A stretch of DNA of 63,996 nt, the filler included, from Chiloscyllium plagiosum (Eukaryota): NCBI RefSeq assembly GCF_004010195.1. It is 4 parts of one record of this genome, joined end to end, with 100 filler letters (N's around TTAATTAATTAA, not from the genome) between each part and the next. Parts side by side here need not be neighbours in the genome. Positions count along the whole stretch, not along the records: positions 41,830 to 54,995 come from NC_057715.1; positions 55,096 to 63,996 come from NC_057715.1; 2 more parts are not named here. One strand, 5' to 3'. The notes under the pieces were generated by a model. The model saw nothing but the letters and a program-made list of their open reading frames with translations, was not told the DNA's origin and did no database searches. Below are positions 52,000 through 63,169 of this stretch, one piece after another. Made by a program: the position numbers and the translations under genes. Within the stretch, counting starts at the first letter, position 1; each line of letters starts with the position of its first letter.

Positions 52000-53460
52000 T
52001 ACAGGGGCTCCAACCCCACAAAGCCATGCACAGGGGGCACCAACCCCAATCATTACAGGGGCACCAACCTCACCAAGCCAAGCACAGGGGGCACAAACCC
52101 CACAAAGTCAAGCACAGGGGGCACCAACCCCAATCATTACAGGGGCACCAACCCCACAAAGCGAAGCATGGGCGCAAAAACCCCAATCATTACAGGGGCA
52201 CCAACCTCACCAAGCCAAGCACAGGGGGCACAAATCCCACAAAGTCAAGCACAGGGGGCACCAACCCCAATCTTTACTGGGGCACCAACCCCACAAAGCG
52301 AAGCATGGGCGCAAAAACCCCAATCATTACAGGGGCACCAATCCAAATCATTACCGGGGCACCAACCCCAATCATGACAGGGGCACCAAACCCACAAAGC
52401 GAAGCACAGGGGGCACCAACCCCAATCTTTACTGGGGCACCAACCCCACAAAGCGAAGCATGGGCACGAAAACCCCAATCATTACAGGGGCACCAACCCC
52501 TAAAAGCCAAGCACAGGGGGCATCAACCCCTAAAAGTCAAGCACAGGGGGCATCAACCCCACAAGGTCAAGCACAGGGGGCACCAACCCCAATCATTACA
52601 GGGGCACCAGCCCCACAAAGCCAAGCACAGGGGCACCAACCCCACAAAGCTAAGCACAGGGGCACCGACCCCAATCATTACAGGGGCACCAACACCACAA
52701 AGCGAAGCATGGGCACGAAAACCCCAATCATTAGAGGGGCACCAACCCCCCCAACTTTACAGGGGCACCAACCCCCAACTTTACAGGGGCACCAACCCCA
52801 ATCATTACAGGGGCACCAATCCCAATCATTACAGGAACACCAACCCCACAAAGCAAAGCATGGGCACGAAAACCCCAAACATTACAGGGGCACCAAACCC
52901 CCCACATTACAGGGGCACCAACTCCCAACTTTACAGGGGCACCAACCCCAATCATTACAGGGCACCAACCCCAAACATTACAGGGGCACCAACCCCCCAA
53001 CTTTACAGGGGCACCAACCCCCCAACTTTACAGGGGCACCAACCCCAATCATTACAGGGGCACCAACCCCAAACATTACAGGGGCACCAACCCCAATCAT
53101 TACAGGGACACCAACCCCAATTATTACAGGGACACCAAACCCAATCATTACAGGGACACCAACCCCACAAAGTGAAGCACAGGGGCACCAACCCCAATCA
53201 TTACAGGGGCACCAACCCAATGTTTACAGGGGCACCAACCCCACAAAGCGAAGCATGGGCAAAAAAAACCCAATCATTACCGGGGCACCAACCCCAATCA
53301 TTATAGGGACAACAACCCCAATCATTACAGGGGCATCAACCCCACAAAGTGAAGCACAGGGGGCACCAATCCCAATCATTACTGGGACACAAACCCCAAT
53401 CATTACTGGGACACAAACCCCAATCATTACTGGGACACCAATCCCACAAAGTGAAGTACA
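52000..53460. repeat. Complex minisatellite (mostly 24- and 30-bp units, core ACAGGGGCACCAACCCC) in the ERV 5' leader
   Basis: Direct reading; lies between the PBS and the gag ATG. Confidence 0.95.
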
Positions 53461-53799
53461 GATACAAAACACAAACATTCACTCACCAACAAACAAATGT
53501 GCATCCAAACTGAATCTCAAAGGGTTAGCTTTCTGCACGCTGCAGAGAGTTAGCGTTAAGTCTCTGTGTGCCTATCTCGCCTGCCCGCTCACTCTCTCTT
53601 GCTGTCTCTCTCTCTCTCTCTCACATATGAACAATAAGACTAATGATTTCTGCGAAGCATTCTTGATATTCCAAAACTCGACAGTTTCTGTTTTTAGTAC
53701 CTATTTAAATGATCTCATTTTGGCTTCCATCAGGTTACTGTGAGAGTGAAATGGGGGAAGCCACACAACGATACAGACCGAGAGCAGTCAAGGTATAAT

Positions 53800-53808
53800 C
53801 TTACCTTG
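53800..53808 (-). promoter_or_regulatory. Candidate retroviral major splice donor
   Basis: CAAG|GTAAG on the minus strand, ~80 nt downstream of the PBS. Confidence 0.55.
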
Positions 53809-53886
53809 TGGGCCCGTTGGTCTCAGGTCTGACCCTTAGGTGAAGCTCCTCTTTTCCAGTTTTACTCAAACGTAGCCCTTGTTGGA

Positions 53887-53904
53887 ACCCTGCTCGCAGC
53901 GCCA
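53887..53904 (-). promoter_or_regulatory. Primer-binding site, tRNA-Ser-like
   Basis: TGGCGCTGCGAGCAGGGT, near-complementary to vertebrate tRNA-Ser 3' ends (...ACCCTGCTCGCTGCGCCA, from memory), 3 nt after the LTR-terminal CA. Confidence 0.8.
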
Positions 53905-53907
53905 AAT

Positions 53908-54053
53908 TGTTAAAGTACAGATTTGAGACGGCCCAAGGAATCCCTTGTGGACTCAGACCTGTAAAGCCTCTCTCTTGGTTCATCATGGAGATTGTATTGT
54001 TTGGAAGTCTGGAATAAGAGCCTCTTACAGACAGATTAGTTTAATTTTAGTCA
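53908..54053 (-). repeat. ERV 5' LTR copy (146 bp, TG...CA)
   Basis: TGACTAAAATTAAAC...CTGTACTTTAACA; direct repeat of 47103-47239. Confidence 0.75.
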
Positions 54054-54205
54054 TCCCCTTTATTCACTAATAGCATCACTGTTACAACATAACACTGACA
54101 CCAATAAGCTAAACTAACTAGGTTCTAATAACCTAGGAGAGTACGTACCAGCTCTCCAAGTGCCACAGTAGGCTACTCTGATGTACTGATACAAAGTGGC
54201 TTCCT

Positions 54206-54688
54206 TTATACAAAAGTTTGAAAACAACATTGCATATTCTTAATTAGACAGATACCATGAAAGACAATAGTTCGTAAGGAAGAAACATTAATTAGCAGGT
54301 CTGTGTACGCTTGACTAATCATCCTACACGCCCAAAGCCTTTCATCAGGTGGGAAAAACATACCTAGCCTGCTAGCAAGATAAACTGCTATCATAAAGAG
54401 GTACCAGTCTGAGCTAATTGAAGAGTTTATAAAGTAACCTTGCACAGCTCGCATGTCTGATATCATTGTTTTACAAATTCCCTTCTTAGCAAGGAGGGCA
54501 AACTTTTGACCATAAAATGGCTTCCCGACAGACTGTGTCAGAATCTCTTCAATGTTAGGTTTAGAATAATTTTAAGCTGGGAGCAGATTCCTGCTTTTTA
54601 TCTTAAGCACAGAATCATTCTGTACCTGAGGCTGAAATGTTACTGCAAGGTTGTATTTAAAATGATTAATTAGTCTCGAATTAAACAT
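54206..54688 (-). pseudogene. Decayed ORF of unknown function next to the LTR (candidate retroviral accessory gene)
   Basis: ATG at 54688 to TAA at 54206, 161 codons with one internal TAA near 54573. Confidence 0.4.
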
Positions 54689-55172
54689 GCCTTCTTTTCA
54701 AGTTTGTGATTCAAATTCAAATAAGACATAAGACCTGATTAGTTAGAATTGACAGTGGGGCAGTCCATAAGGTCTGTAGTGGTCTGCAAGAACAGCAAGT
54801 AAGCTAAGGCTTCATCAATATTACCTTCTACAGAGTTTGTACTTAATAACTGATAATGGCTACTGAATATCATCGTAAAGTCCCAAAATGCAATTAAATT
54901 CAATCCATAGCACATAAGCACTAAGAGCTAATTTTCTACTGGCTTCAACAGCCTCAGCATTAAAATGGTTTCTCTCTCTCTCTCTCTCTCTCTCTNNNNN
55001 NNNNNNNNNNNNNNNNNNNNNNNNNNNNNNNNNNNNNNNTTAATTAATTAANNNNNNNNNNNNNNNNNNNNNNNNNNNNNNNNNNNNNNNNNNNNCGCCG
55101 CTTGTTGTTGTCATCAAACGTCAGTTGTCCGTTGTTTCTATTTTTCTCTCTTTCCGTCACTTCTCCGTCTTC

Positions 55173-55190
55173 ATCACGTCGGGGTCACCA
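55173..55190 (-). promoter_or_regulatory. Primer-binding site, tRNA-Trp
   Basis: TGGTGACCCCGACGTGAT, complementary to the tRNA-Trp 3' end, 3 nt after the LTR-terminal CA. Confidence 0.9.
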
Positions 55191-55193
55191 AAT

Positions 55194-55975
55194 TGTTGGA
55201 CTTTGGCTCAATCTACAAACTTACTTTCTTCTGTGTGTGAGCCAAGTCCTGCGTGTTCTTTTAAATGAAGCAATAGGAGAAGATATTCGGTCTCACACTC
55301 TTAATTTATTTTACACAGTAAGTGAACAAAGCATTCAGAGCTCTGGGTCTAAACCTCTTTGTCCCTGACAAACTACAAAAGTATGCCAGTTCAAAAAGAA
55401 AAAGACCTCGTTTTGTCCCTGCCCCAGTATTTTATACAATAAAAAACGTCATACATACAATAAAAAACGTCATATAAACACTGAGGTAGAATTATCTTCT
55501 GATTGGGTGTTAGTCTGACTCCATTCCCCACCTTCTTACATTCCTAGCTGTCCGACCCCACGTGACCTTCTTTTGCCCGCGAAATGGGGCATCACGTGGC
55601 CTCCTCGACCCACTTCCGAGGCGCGAAATGGGACGTCACGTGATCGCCCGCCGTCTTCCGGGGCGCGAAACGGGACATCACGTGACCAGTCCGCACTTTT
55701 CCGGGGCGCGAAACGGGACGTCACGTGACCAGTCCACACTTTCCGGGTGCGAGACGGGACGTCACGTGACCAGTCCGCACTCTTCCGGGTGCGAGACGGG
55801 GACGTCACGTAGCCACGCCCCGCACTCTTCCGAGTTCAAGATGGGGACGTCACGTGGCCACGCCCCCTGCTTGATTTACAGTGTCACCACAGTTTTAAAT
55901 ACTGAATCCATCCAGAGTCACAGCCAGCCTTCCGTTTTTAAAGTAAGGAATATATTTACAGCACCACCCTCAACA
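55194..55975 (-). mobile_element. 5' LTR (782 bp) of a second LTR element; internal region lost in the gap
   Basis: TGTTG...CAACA inverted termini; on the minus strand CCAAT (~55502-55506), TATAAAA (55430-55436) and AATAAA (55305-55310) occur in order, followed by the PBS. Confidence 0.85.
55559..55866. promoter_or_regulatory. ~42-bp tandem enhancer-like repeat in U3
   Basis: Seven CACGTG plus one variant, with recurrent GCGCGAAA, TTCCG and GACGTCA. Confidence 0.7.
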
Positions 55976-57605
55976 TCAAAAAAATGCCCCTTTGGTTCCT
56001 TTTAATTCTTTCCCCTCTCACCTTAAATCTATGCCCTCTAGTTTTGACCTCCACTATCTTGGGGAATTGTCCTTGTCTATTTACTCTATCCATGTCCCTT
56101 ATGATTTTATAGACCTCCATAAGGTCACCCCTCAGCCTCTGATACTCCAGGGAAAACAGCCCCAGTCTATTTAGCTTCTCCGTCTAGCTCAATGTTTCTA
56201 ATCCTGGTAACCTCATTGTAAATCTTTTCTGAATCCTTTCAAGTTTCACAACATCCTTCCTATAGCAGGGAGGACAGAATTGCATGCAGAATTCCAATTG
56301 TGGCCTAACCAATGTCTTGTACAACCACAACATGACCTCCCAACTCCTGTACTCAAAGCACTGACCAATAAAGCCAAGTGAACCAAACACCTACTTCACT
56401 GTCCTGTCTAGATGTGACTCCACTTTCAAGGAACAATGAACCTGTACCCCAAGGTCTCATTGTATAGCAACACTATCCAGGACCTTGCCATTAGTGGGCG
56501 GCACGGTGGCACAATGGTTAGCACTGCTGCCTCACAGCGCCAGAGACCCGGGTTCAATTCCCGCCTCAGGCGACTGACTGTGTGGAGTTTGCACGTTCTC
56601 CCCGTGTCTGCGTGGGTTTCCTCCGGGTGCTCCGGTTTCCTCCCACAGTCCAAAGATGTGCAGGTCAAGTGAATTGGCCATGCTAAATTGCCTATAGTGT
56701 TAGGTAAGGGGTAAATGTAGGGGTATGGGTGGGTTGCGCTTCAGCGGGGCGGTGTGGACTTGATGGGCCGAAGGGCCTGTTTCCACACTGTAAGTAATCT
56801 AATCTAATTAAGTGTATAAGTCCTGCCCTGATTTGCCTTTCCAAAATGCAGGACAGCACAGCTATTTAGATTAAACTCCATCTGCCACTCCTCAGCCCAT
56901 TGGACAATCTGATCAATATCCCATTGTAATCTGAGGTAACCTTCTTCACTGACCAATACATCTCCAATTTTGGTGTCATCTGCAAACTTACTAACCATAC
57001 CTCCTACATTCATATTCAAATCATTTATTTAAATGACAAAAAGCCATGGACCCAGCATCGATCCTGTGGCACATCACTGGTCACAGACTCCAGTCTGAAA
57101 AGCAACCCTCCACTACCACTCTCTGCATTCATACCAGTTCTGTATCCAAATAGCTCATTCTCCCTCTATTCCATGTGGCCTTACCTTGCTAACCAGTCTA
57201 CCATGAGGAACCTTGTCGAATGCCTTACTGAAATCGATATAATGTGGAGGTGCCAGTGTTGGACCGGGGTGGACAAAGTCAAAACTTGCATGACACTGGG
57301 TTATAGTCCAACAGGTTTATTTGATATCGCAAGCTTTTGAAGCCCTGCTCCTTCCTCAGACTGCTAGTGAGAGTGATTACATTGGACATGGAATTTTTAA
57401 TAAAAGATCTTTTACTATAAATTGTGTGTCTGATGTAATCTCTCTCACTAGCTGCCTGAGGAAGGAATAGAGGCTCTGAAAGCTTGTGGTCTCAAATAAT
57501 TGTACAATAACCTGGTATTGTGTTTTGATGAAATTGATATAGATCATGTCCACTGCTTTGCCCTCATCAATCAACTTGACTGCTTCCTCAAAAAACTCAA
57601 TCAAT
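55976..57605 (-). mobile_element. CR1 LINE RT region, interrupted by an HE1 SINE and a Penelope-derived element (~57243-57530)
   Basis: ORFs 57377-57604, 56804-57019 (FADDTKIG) and 56184-56390. Confidence 0.9.
56496..56806 (+). mobile_element. HE1-type V-SINE, young copy nested in CR1
   Basis: Full head, V-domain and tail; CpGs largely retained. Confidence 0.92.
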
Positions 57606-58314
57606 TTATCTCATCATAATTATATGTTCTGGGGGAGGTTTGTGTGTACAAAGTGGCTGTTGTATTTCCTTCAGTATATAAATGACTAGATTTCAAAAGT
57701 TCTTTATTGGTTAGACTTATATTCATTTGAGTTTTGAAGAGAATGTTTTTGGGTAATTCAAGGTGGGGGACAGGAAAAGGTGTGGCTGTAAGAGTTGCTC
57801 CTTTCTTGAGGTATTTGTGGTGTTGGAGGCAATTTTCTCAAATTCCAGGAGCAGCAATTGCTATTTGATATGCTGCTACATTATTTGGGAACTATGGGGG
57901 AAAACAGGAAGACAGACAAAGGCAGTGCCCACATGGTCAGAGAAAAGAAACCTACATTTATGTCTGACACAGCAGTGAATCTGCACATTTACTGCCTTAA
58001 CTGTTTGAATTCAAGTATCTCTGAACATTGGAGTGTGTCTGGGAAAAATCAAAATCAACAAACAGCGAAATTCACAGTTGACCTTGGAGGAACATATCTC
58101 AGAGAGCTCACAGCATGGCAACAGATAAGTGCATAGTTTTTTAAAGATAGACTTGCTGCAAATCTACAATAGTGATTATGTATCTTATTGAGAGCTGTTT
58201 CTTGATTAAATTTTTAAAATATAAGCCATAGGTATTAAGTTAGCCTGGAGCAGTTTTCTTTGGACCAATACGACGGTGCTATATTCTGAGTTTGTAGATT
58301 AAGAAGGAGCAAAG

Positions 58315-61162
58315 ATGGCCTTTAGTAGAGTGATGTGCTCTTCCTGTCAGATGACAGGAAGAGCACATCACTCTTCCTGTCATCCGACAGGGGTTTAGGG
58401 AGAGAATCCATGTTACTGATGATTATGGCTGCAGGAAGTGTCTTTGGTTGTGCATCCAATCAAATTGCATGGATCAGTTGGAATGACAATTGGAGGCAAT
58501 AAGGAATTTACAAGACCAAGGGGGTGTATGGATGGCAGTTATAGGAAGGAAGAAAAACTGCAGATACAGTCAGATAGATGGATTAACTCCAGGAAAGTTC
58601 AGAGGCAAAGGCAGTTAGTGCCTCTGTGGCTATCTCCATTTCAAAAAGTATGCTGTTTTGGAAAATGTAGGGGGTGATGGACTCTCAGGGGAATGTAACA
58701 CAGAAAGCCAAGTTTCTGGTATCGAGACAGGCTCTAATGTAATGAGGGGTACGTCGGGTTCCAAGCAATAAATTGTGAAGGGGACTCTCTAGTCGGAGGC
58801 ACAGACAGATGTTTCTGCATCTGGCAGTGAAAAATCAGAATGGTTTGTTGCCTCCCTGGTGCCAGGATCAAGGGTATCTTGGAGAGGGTGCAGAATGTTC
58901 TCAAAGGGGAGAGGGACCAGCAGGAGGTCATTGTACACATTGGAGCTAATGACATTGGAAAGGAAAAGGATGAAATTCTGAAAGGAGAATATAAAAAGTT
59001 AGAAAGGAATTTTAAAAAGACTTCCTCGAGGGAATTAATATCTGGATTATTTCCGGTGCAACGAGTTAGTGAGGTTAGAAATAGAAGGATAGACCAGATG
59101 AATGCATGGCTGAGGAGCTGGTGCAGGGGAGAAAGGTTCACATTTTTGGATCATTGGAATCTCTTCTGGAGTAGAAGTGGTCTGTACAAGAAGGACACAT
59201 TGCAACTGAATTGGAAGGGGACTAATATACTGTCAGGGAGAATTGCGAAAGTTACTCAGGCGGATTTAAACTAGAAAGGTGTGGAGGTGGCACCCAGGGA
59301 GGTAGTGTGGAAAGAGATCAATCTGAGACTGGTTCAGTTGGGAAAAGGAGCAAGTCATGCAGTCAGGGCAGGCAGAAACAAAGCAGAGAACAAGTAGGAT
59401 TGATAAACTGCATTTATTTCAACGCAAGAGGCCTAACAGGTAAGGCAGATAAACTCAGGGCATGGTAAGAATATAGGACTGGGATATCATAGCAATTACA
59501 GAAACATGGCTCAGGGATGGGCAGGACTGGTAGCCTAATGTTCCAGGATACAAATGTTACAGGAAGGATAGAAAGGGAGGCAAGAGAGGAGGGGGAGTGG
59601 TGTTTTTGATAAGGGATAGCATTACAGCTGTACTTAGGGAGGATATTTCTGGGAATACATCCAGGGATATTATTTGGGTGGAACTAAGAAATAACAAAGG
59701 GATGATCAACTTTTGGGATTGTTTTATTAACCCCCCAATAGTCAGCAGGAAATTGAGAAACAAATTTGTAAGGAGATCTCAGTTATCTGTAAGAATAATA
59801 GGGTGGTTTTTAACTTTCCAAACATAGTTTGTGACTGCCATAGTGTAAAGGGTTTAGGTGAAGGGAAATTTGTTAAGTGTGCACAAGAAAATTTTCTGAT
59901 TCAGTATGTGGATGTTCCGAATAGTGAAGGTGCAAGAATTGACCTCTTCTTGGGAAATAGACAGGGCAGGTGTCTGAGGTGTCAGTGGGGGAACACTTTA
60001 GGGCCAGGAACCATAATTCTATTAGTTTTGAAACAGTGATGTAAAAAAAATAGACCAGATCTAAAAGTAGAAGTTCTAAATTGGAGGAAGGCCAGTTTTG
60101 ATGGTATTAGATGTGAACTTTCAAAAGTTGACTGGGGATAGATGTTTGCAGGTAAAGAGATGGCTGGAAAATGGGAAGCCTTCAAAACTGAGATATTGAG
60201 AGTCCAGAGACAGTATATTCCTGTAAGGGTGAAAGACAAGGCTGGTGGGTGCAGGGAATTCTGGATGACTCGAGAAATTGAGGTTTTGGTGAAGAAAAAG
60301 AAGGAAGCATATATCAGGTATGGACAGGACAGATCGAGTGAATCCTGAGAAGAGTATAAAAGCAGTAGAAATATACTTAAGAGGGCAATCAGGAGGGCAA
60401 AAAAGGACATGAGATAGCTTTGGCAAATAGGGTTAAGAAGAATCTGAAGGGATTTTGGAAATACATTAAGGACAAAGTAGTATCTAGGGAGAGAATATGG
60501 CTCCTCAAAGATCCGCAAGACAGCCTATATTTGGAACCACAGAAGATGAGGGAGATGCCAGTTGAGTATTTTGCACCATGTTTACTATGGAGAAGGACAT
60601 GGACAACATAGAATGTGAGGAAATATGTGGTAAAATGTCCATATTACAGAGCAGAAGGCGCTGGATATCTTAAAATGCACAAAGGTGAAAAATTCCCAAG
60701 GACCTGATCAGATGTACCCTAGAACTCTGTGGGAACCTAAGGAAGTGATTACTGGACTCCTTGCTGAGATATTGATATCATTGATATCACAGGTAAGGTG
60801 CCAGAAGACTGATGGTTGACTAACGTGATGCCAATATTTAAGGAAAAGTCAGAGAACTATAGACTAGTGACCCTGACATCTTTGGGGTTAGGATGTTGGA
60901 GGGAATCCTGAGGGACAAGATTTACATGTATTTGGAAAGGCAAGGACTGATTAGTGGGTGGTGCGGGTATGGAATGAACTGTTAAAGAAAGTGGTGCAGG
61001 ACGACACAATTACAACATTTAACAGGCATCCAGATTGGTATATGCATAGGAAGAGTTTAGAGGGATATAGGCCAAGTGCTAGCAAATGGTGTGAGATTAG
61101 TTTAGGATATCTGGTCGGCCGAAGGGTCTTTTTCCATGTTGTACATCTCTATGACTCTATGA
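58315..61162 (+). mobile_element. Older CR1 LINE: ORF1 (esterase), APE endonuclease and start of RT, then a large deletion (~60955) to the 3' end
   Basis: CCLPGARIK...VIVHIGAND (SGNH esterase); YFNARGL, DIIAITETW and GGGVVFLIR endonuclease motifs. Confidence 0.9.
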
Positions 61163-63169
61163 GTAAGTGCAGACTGTTGAAATATTATAAATTCTTCGAG
61201 TGCTTGACAAGGTGAATGTGTAAAGGGCATTTACTTTTTGTGGATGAGTGTAGGACCAGAGTGAATAAATTCAGAGTAAGCAGTCACCAATTTAAGATGG
61301 AGATGTAGAGAAACTATTTCTATCTGAGGGCAGTCAACTAGTGGAATCCATTATCGCAGAGGGTTATTGAGATTGGATCATTAGATTTTTCAGAGGTGAG
61401 ATAGACAAGCCTTTAATTAAAGAAGGAATAAAAGGTCAAGGGGGTTAGGCAGGAAAATGAAGTTGAAGATTTTAAACCAGCTACAATCCCATTAAATGGG
61501 CTAAATAGCATTCTTCTGCACTTATGTCCCATGGTCTTATGATTATCTCTTATTATATCCCTACAATAATTTGTACCTCCCATAACTACCTTGTTCCTCT
61601 TATATCCATTTGAACTTAACTTGTGTCAACATATCCATGTGATTGAAGGTCTTGTGGCACAACTGATAATGCACCTACCTTATGAGATGCTCAGAAACTC
61701 AAGTTCAAGTCCCACTCCAGGACTTGATGGCCATGAAAGGCATGTTCTTTTTGTGCTCAAACAGGTTAAGTATCAATTTAGAAAACCTTCTAACACGCAT
61801 ACATGGTAGGCAGGAAGAGCCACATTGATGGAAAGAAATTGGAATCTCCACCATCACTATCAATATCTCCAGGTAACAACATGCATGCAAAACTGTATGT
61901 TGCCACAACAATTTGAAGGGGTGGAGCTGCAGTTGGCTTGTGTGGATCAGATTGATGCCAACCACACAGCTTTCAACATCTAATCTAGCTGGGGTGGCTT
62001 TAGGAGCTGTCTATTTGTTTCTCCTCCCTGTGGTATTGGTTTTAGAGTTATGGTTTGACCTGTCTATGGGGTCAGAACTCAAAAATAAGATGACTCATGT
62101 GGTAGCAAGTTTCCCATTCTAACAAATCTCTAAATGAAAATGTTACTCTTGATTTCTTTAGTAGATTTATGAGTGACTATCTAACATTATCCTCGAATTC
62201 AGACATCCAAATAGTGCAAACATCTTCTGAATATCCATGCTATCAATGTCTTCCTAATTTTAAGGATGCCCATCATCCCCCAGCCCCTCTTCCCAAGCTC
62301 TCTCTTTTCTCAAGAATAATTTTTTTTCTGTTTTCATAGTTGCTTGGAATTTGTGTTCAAGCAAACAATGTTAATTATGTCAGCCAGGAACCCATCCAGA
62401 TCCTGTCAACAGACCATTAAAGTGGATTTATGTATGCAGCACCACATTATTCTAGAAACAGTTGACATCACTAACACAGTAGACATTTTGCAATTAAAAC
62501 AAAATATTTGACAACAGCTAATTCAATAACTTAGCAGATGCCTGCAAACAAGTTTATTTACTGAATTTAATTTGAAACTGTAATGGGACTGGTGTTTCAA
62601 CAAACTGCATACCTCATAGTGGAGTGGGTTTTAAAATAAATAGCAGGGAAAGTGCCAAATTTGGGAAGTTGCAGGGAGTGAAAGAGTGTAGAAAATGCAA
62701 CTAATATAGAAAATAATAAATGGACAATGACTGGAAGGGACAGAAAATGCAGATCTAAAGCAAGTCAATAGGTAAGGCCGGACTGCAATAATAAAAGGTC
62801 AAAACATAAGGGACTGTATATGAATTAATGTAGCATTCAAATCAAAACAGATGAACTGGTAGTACAAATTGAGATAACAAAGTATGATCTAGTGACCACA
62901 GCTGGGACTGAGGCTGCAGATTAACCTTGTTTGGAACCTAAATATTGAAGGGTTTGTGACATTTAGAAAGAACAGGAGGAAAAGGATGGCAAAATGATTC
63001 TATTCATTATAGATGATGCATGGTGTTGGTAAGTTCAGTTGGCAGCTTGCAATGTAGTGATGCTAATGGCCAGGGTTCAATTTCCACATTGGCTAAGGTC
63101 AGCATGAAGGTCCCACCTTCTTGACTTTAGTCTCGCCTGAAGAATGGTGACTTTGTTTCAAAATTACTT

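Larger units (their letters stand above)
47103..54053 (-). mobile_element. Defective class I (gamma/epsilon-like) endogenous retrovirus: LTR-PBS-leader-gag(MA)-[deletion]-IN-env-like-PPT-LTR
   Basis: Terminal direct repeats, PBS, PPT, gag and integrase motifs in the correct order; no capsid, protease or RT recognisable. Confidence 0.9.

Noticed and set aside
51926..53743. 605-aa and 426-aa mucin-like ORFs on the + strand
   Set aside because: They are translations of the minisatellite, antisense to the ERV. The peptide pattern switches frame repeatedly, and the A/C-rich units rarely make stops.
47103..54970. Foamy-like virus assignment
   Set aside because: The myristoylation-type MG start, WPxxGT matrix motif and WxGPYxVLLTT integrase tail point to class I ERVs.
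52000..55866. CRISPR-like repeat-spacer arrays
   Set aside because: The spacers are themselves repeated, the context is eukaryotic, and there are no cas genes.
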